This document shows positions 61,701 to 64,000 of a stretch of 64,000 bases of DNA, piece after piece. The notes beneath the pieces are model-generated. The model searched no databases. It was not told where the DNA came from and saw only the letters and a program-made list of their open reading frames with translations. This DNA is from Naegleria gruberi. Taxonomy: Eukaryota. The stretch lies in the NCBI GenBank assembly GCA_000004985.1, contig GG738875.1, one strand, 5' to 3'. Numbering within the stretch: the first letter of the stretch is position 1; each line of letters opens with the position of its first letter. The position numbers and the translations under genes are program-made.

Positions 61701-63943
61701 GCTGCGTCCAACCTCCAGTTTGAGATACCAACCACGGCAACATCCCTTTTCTTTGGTTCTAACAATGCGTGTAGAGCTTTTAGAGGGTTGTGTGCTGAAA
61801 TTTCAGCTAAACCAATTTCATCCAAAATTACTACTGGTATAACTTTTTCTTCTTTTTCATTAATTTTCAAATATCCTCTTGCCTTATCAAATACCTTGAG
61901 AATACCCTCTGATGTAGAAGACTCTGAACCTTGGAATGCAATGAAGATGAGTTGTGGGAGAGTTTTGAAGTATTTATCTATTGAATCTTCTCCTCTTAAA
62001 TTACTAGTCAAAAGTTGAATAGCTAAACTTTTGCTACAACCTGGCTTACCAACAACAAAAACAGGAAGCTTGTTCAAAATGCACACCAATATTACGAAAA
62101 TATTTTCTTTCAAAGACCTATTCCAGGCAATATTTGGTGGAATTTCCATTCTTCTTAGATAACTTGTCTGCTCTTCATCAACTATCCTTACAAAGTCTTC
62201 TTTTGAAATTCTTGGTAAATGTTTACAAACAGTAGTTAGATAATTTTCTCTATATTCTAACTTTGCTAATCTAGAGTAATAACAAACAGAAAGTGCTAAT
62301 ACAACGCTAGAAATATCATATTTGTCATCACGTTGGTTTTCTTGTATCCACATGATTTGGTTTGCTTTTTTCAATGGTTCTGATCTTTTTTTAAGGGTTT
62401 CTAAGAAATACTGACACAAAACAATAAATCTATTGACGTCTCGCAAACTAACGCTAGAAGCATCTTCCAAATCTCTTACAAAAGCTTGGGATTCACAAAT
62501 TATTGTGCAGAGAATATGTTTTGGAAATTGTATGGTTAATCTTCCAAGCATTGTTTGGATATAACTCATTTCGTCAGTTTGAGATAAAAAGCCATAATCC
62601 CAAATATAATCAATTAAACAATCAGGTAAAGGATTGACTCTATAAGCAAGGTCTGATGCTTTATCTTTTTCTAGAGCAGATGTATAAATATGCTTCCTTG
62701 TTCTATATGGATTGCATGCAGCAATAACTGAGATATTAATTGGTAGGCTGATTCCACGTATTGACTTTAAAGTTACAATTTCTGAGACCAAACCTAAATA
62801 GTCACATGTGTTAATTTCATCCAAGAATACCAAATGCTTTGTATTAGGATTGTTATAAGCTTGTTCTATAACTGCTTCCATAAAGCTGATAATTATGTCA
62901 GGTGTTGTTCCAGCATGGAAATTAAGTAAATTAAAGGAGGCACCTGTTTTTTTAGCTAAAAACTCTACCAGACTTGTTTTTCCACAACCTGTTTCACCTG
63001 ATATCACAACTGGTATACAGGCTTCTACTCTTAATAGTATTAACATCATTTTCAACAAATTGTCTGCAGTCATGGCATATTGACCATCATACTCTGTAAT
63101 AGATCCGGCCATCTTTCCCAACTCAAATAACAAGGCTTCTTGATTGAGAGAGGAGTAATCTGGAAGAGAAACTTTTTGGCTTTGCAAAGTGTCAAAAATA
63201 TCGGAATGGGTTTGTTGAAGGAAAGACAAGTCTCTATATAGAGCTGTGATAGTGGAATCGTACTTATGGAAAGCAACAATAAGGTGATTACTTTCCTCCC
63301 ATCTAACCATTCCAGATTCTTTAAACAACACCACATCTGATTTTGATCCCATCACATGATGTTGTTGTTGTTTTCTATTTCCATGCACAGATCTGGTTGA
63401 AAATTCAGAATACACATCCATTAGTACTTTAACTAGTTTGCTTCTAATTTTTTGGGATTCTGTAACATGTGTAATTTGTTGGGTTTTTAAGAAAACTGAC
63501 TGAGAAAATTTGATAAATTGTTCAGCAAGAACATTAATGAATACGTGCATTAAAGAGTAATTGATCTCCTTCTTATTTTTAAAAAAGTACTTTTGAATCA
63601 AGAGTCTACATTCTTCATCAGATACAACGGTTGCATTTGCATTTGGGCCACTGAATATAATATCTTCCGTATCTATTGTGTCATTATCCAACGCTTTCAG
63701 GTAATTAAATGTGACTTGACTTCTAGATAATAATGATTTGTTGAAAACTAAATTTTCTAAACGAAATTCAATATCTTTCTTATTAATCAAATATGTTTCT
63801 CGAATGGTCAAGAAGTTCCAAAATCTGGATTGGCTCTCTAATTCAATAAATATATCAAGGTTATTAACAGGAATTTTGAACATAACACGGTCATCTATCA
63901 CCATACCAAAAGTTATAATCTCGAACAAAAGATTATTCAGCAA
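55718..63943 (-). CDS. Giant RNF213 (mysterin)-like protein with dynein-type AAA+ modules and an RZ-type zinc finger. A 2,741-aa ORF whose start lies near the window edge.
   Basis: Two AAA Walker A sites, VVISGETGCGKTSLVEFLAKKTG and VFVVGKPGCSKSLAIQLL, with hhhhDE Walker B sites FLDEINT and VILDEIGLAE. Far downstream lies YRCNCGYVYLIGNCGQPNGTARCPTCGATLGGEGHKL. This matches the RZ-finger pattern (C-x-CG-x-Y-x-IG-x-CG-x-P...C-x2-CG-x3-GG-x2-H) that, as far as I know, is shared only by RNF213 and ZNFX1. The AAA type points to RNF213. Confidence 0.7.
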   Translation of the reverse strand: MLNNLLFEIITFGMVIDDRVMFKIPVNNLDIFIELESQSRFWNFLTIRETYLINKKDIEFRLENLVFNKSLLSRSQVTFNYLKALDNDTIDTEDIIFSGPNANATVVSDEECRLLIQKYFFKNKKEINYSLMHVFINVLAEQFIKFSQSVFLKTQQITHVTESQKIRSKLVKVLMDVYSEFSTRSVHGNRKQQQHHVMGSKSDVVLFKESGMVRWEESNHLIVAFHKYDSTITALYRDLSFLQQTHSDIFDTLQSQKVSLPDYSSLNQEALLFELGKMAGSITEYDGQYAMTADNLLKMMLILLRVEACIPVVISGETGCGKTSLVEFLAKKTGASFNLLNFHAGTTPDIIISFMEAVIEQAYNNPNTKHLVFLDEINTCDYLGLVSEIVTLKSIRGISLPINISVIAACNPYRTRKHIYTSALEKDKASDLAYRVNPLPDCLIDYIWDYGFLSQTDEMSYIQTMLGRLTIQFPKHILCTIICESQAFVRDLEDASSVSLRDVNRFIVLCQYFLETLKKRSEPLKKANQIMWIQENQRDDKYDISSVVLALSVCYYSRLAKLEYRENYLTTVCKHLPRISKEDFVRIVDEEQTSYLRRMEIPPNIAWNRSLKENIFVILVCILNKLPVFVVGKPGCSKSLAIQLLTSNLRGEDSIDKYFKTLPQLIFIAFQGSESSTSEGILKVFDKARGYLKINEKEEKVIPVVILDEIGLAEISAHNPLKALHALLEPKKRDVAVVGISNWRLDAAKMNRAVHVSRPEADENELKEIAKTILFENNHIEKTDTIELLLDYLSKSYYEFISNKKYNNFHGLRDYYSLVKSVIIEEEENFAVSLCRAIDRNFGGLSASAMNFKKILFEKASITESVPSDLPILELIKENIEDKNARHLMLITNSDSALDIITYYYKEFLNRSPEIIYGSQFNLDKTEEYSYVVLNKIIYCMEEGYTLILKDLDSVYGSLYDMLNQNYTYVAKRRNCRIAIGPHSNPMCHVNENFRCIVLVDQKRLATCDPPFLNRFEKQILNFENISESKVNECVMRLNEWVENITNLDSNVFTVNDMFPSYSSDTLSSLVLANTNSTTSVEHCVEICKEALIATSTFDGIVRLAYSSVSKEECDNWLNRYQLDKHNNLLDYYNNCDGFAHMIMTFSHILTELNFTWLSSIRVREFNTEREFAKKVEDFFNDEENGLLTIHFESHLDGKFVPMVKFIVDHHIQNSDRTDKKVFLILHISRDIYENANEDWKLNFMNGWKQVTIDELSPNFDQTNLLDIHDMFSSEFYNVESILKDIIQATLMKIDYFAVNIEYISTLSSKIIEDAEFLQFIGEILNEELQKVQFDWRKHVALDKKKLAESGCLIDAIKNEMQDLVQRKLLNILKFIEQHSALETFFIADPKLRALWKNITAKYHNNGANNSKIMLIKGLRLPYSKWQCEIYKELKDKLEMLKQNSSIEKGDNQEQQLEPLLLSLIESSECVFGLQDYSEELLKRDFLTITAQELGLNSEFAQIFENIILGLFEINLVLSPKERLILMVWNNQKTLLAVVELIKYCCGNSIEIPEDIECLDDLLDIITLSLLQDGTRTPNNEWKDKIATVLPILLEENVSATLLKILKDFSHYLLEYPYEIQQICTEILCYDCNLEDPKLIENILQILSKSQNLFQSKMVFISRLELTEELLEVVCRELVEIQDVKYLTQIVYKICVDHIEELEEGNFENLRVLNNLLVNNPYCPLYYVFIDVLEELVSDQELTNEEELRILGNKINSPNSESVPDIERAYYVASIRHHLKNISSQEDLQTTISGSIISNYLSQDEDAKNYLLKCVKQSFDNWLDFKEFVESDISGSLDVDLTNKSFDTLGYNIFRSLPRYKEAEKAFDEMYYLNNTRDMLELIQEAKSNPKLLYTLMGLITNNIHFSQITDSTLRLCVEFFASSFQSFSKSVKNLVTRLLRSATVRDCSYVIRISVMCLAVCIPENPISIFIKNPNTVRSTYVVTAEHDILGGILKAINTKDGGHSRYRCNCGYVYLIGNCGQPNGTARCPTCGATLGGEGHKLIQGSRIDEAKRDGTDSSNEKGCTMSAINDDYHTVRQFPPAMFRVWQFFINSIILNGLDINLVSIDEIRGFFIQNQLNNPIDYFNEKAAKDWNILAQILDQQGENLCFLLQQCIISNLDYLFGNNERLDTEDKRAIFENGLIEYTSRVLGDINLSIRDIKMNSTRSEENSSLQAIIEETCTPNNSQINKFTEFRITSSPSVQGMKALFMSNPENAQLYPFLKAYLTNEKELHHIESLFDLITFSNLLMDKCDNTIERATAEKTEMKYYAETNGLKELYGKVVTEWKAEKAVNYGCKQPKSKKKIDTEMLSFFLIEDQQEPFGLYICAALQGYAEVQNNFIDIAEQNAEKSANLAFLKSINGIIGLPTIPVQKAQKKDLVIINPEYLEDLTITFSYKNYEYGKGTTVGYLFDKIEFALASKYLLGKKRLDFENLRKIKYIGESFGSNADMAARKKIPNPIPLDDSERTKVNILINDLPRLKKIQGSLQKLLEVMNLVNFNPDVTVSTFCYDWKINLNDKEQFFANFTLNKIVNLFEYVEEVIFDFEVNYLSDLYTIELEENIVQRIIRSCQENNVNINNLTTVLKRFIIRFLIPAFYQQTNIGLNFYIIMDSLWPITSQNEIVAIEDGDIIPDSVCLCHTKSLCISLIKHLAEQDRKVREAESFVKLEEYSAQPTLSFKKVEDKKKKPAQAGRRLKINA

Positions 63944-64000
63944 GCAAGCATTTGATTGGGATAAATTTCTTATATCAATGTGTAAACAGTCTATATGTGA

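Overview
This window is eukaryotic nuclear DNA from an AT-rich genome that is gene-dense and poor in introns. It is not prokaryotic: there are no operons, CRISPR arrays or Shine-Dalgarno-type organisation. The evidence for a eukaryote is as follows. (1) Genes alternate strands, and most ATGs are preceded by A-runs (AAAAAATG). (2) There are a few very short spliceosomal introns of 37-55 nt and two of about 135-150 nt, all with GTAAGT/GTATGT/GTAAAT donors and AG acceptors. (3) The inventory is typically eukaryotic. It begins with a dynein heavy chain read as a single uninterrupted exon of more than 11.8 kb, which runs off the 5' edge of the window. After it come a beta-type proteasome subunit, deoxyhypusine synthase, cornichon/Erv14, a short-chain dehydrogenase/reductase (SDR), an MFS transporter, a PAQR/hemolysin-III protein, COX15 (heme A synthase), BUD23, a PTB/hnRNP-L RNA-binding protein, and an SLC13 transporter. 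The last part of the window carries a NAT8-like acetyltransferase, an aldo-keto reductase, a WASP homolog, a two-box HMGB protein, a proteasome Rpt ATPase, pirin, and a giant AAA+/RZ-finger protein resembling RNF213. (4) The Pol III genes are a tRNA-Val(AAC) and three dispersed 5S rRNA genes with conserved flanks. An axonemal-type dynein together with COX15 implies a flagellated, aerobic organism. The standard genetic code is in use, because long ORFs end at TAA. I cannot name the species. The overall look (33-36% GC, intron-poor, tiny introns, metazoan-like genes) would fit a heterolobosean or similar amoeboflagellate, but that is only an inference. The observations most worth following up are: a P-loop NTPase that appears fused by two mini-introns to a C2HC zinc finger; the dispersed 5S family with shared flanks and a truncated 5S fragment; an inverted repeat pair of about 100 bp bracketing a 3.8 kb segment that holds a 5S gene, the WASP gene and a decayed LRR gene; the RNF213-like gene; and a pair of tandem paralogous membrane-protein genes.
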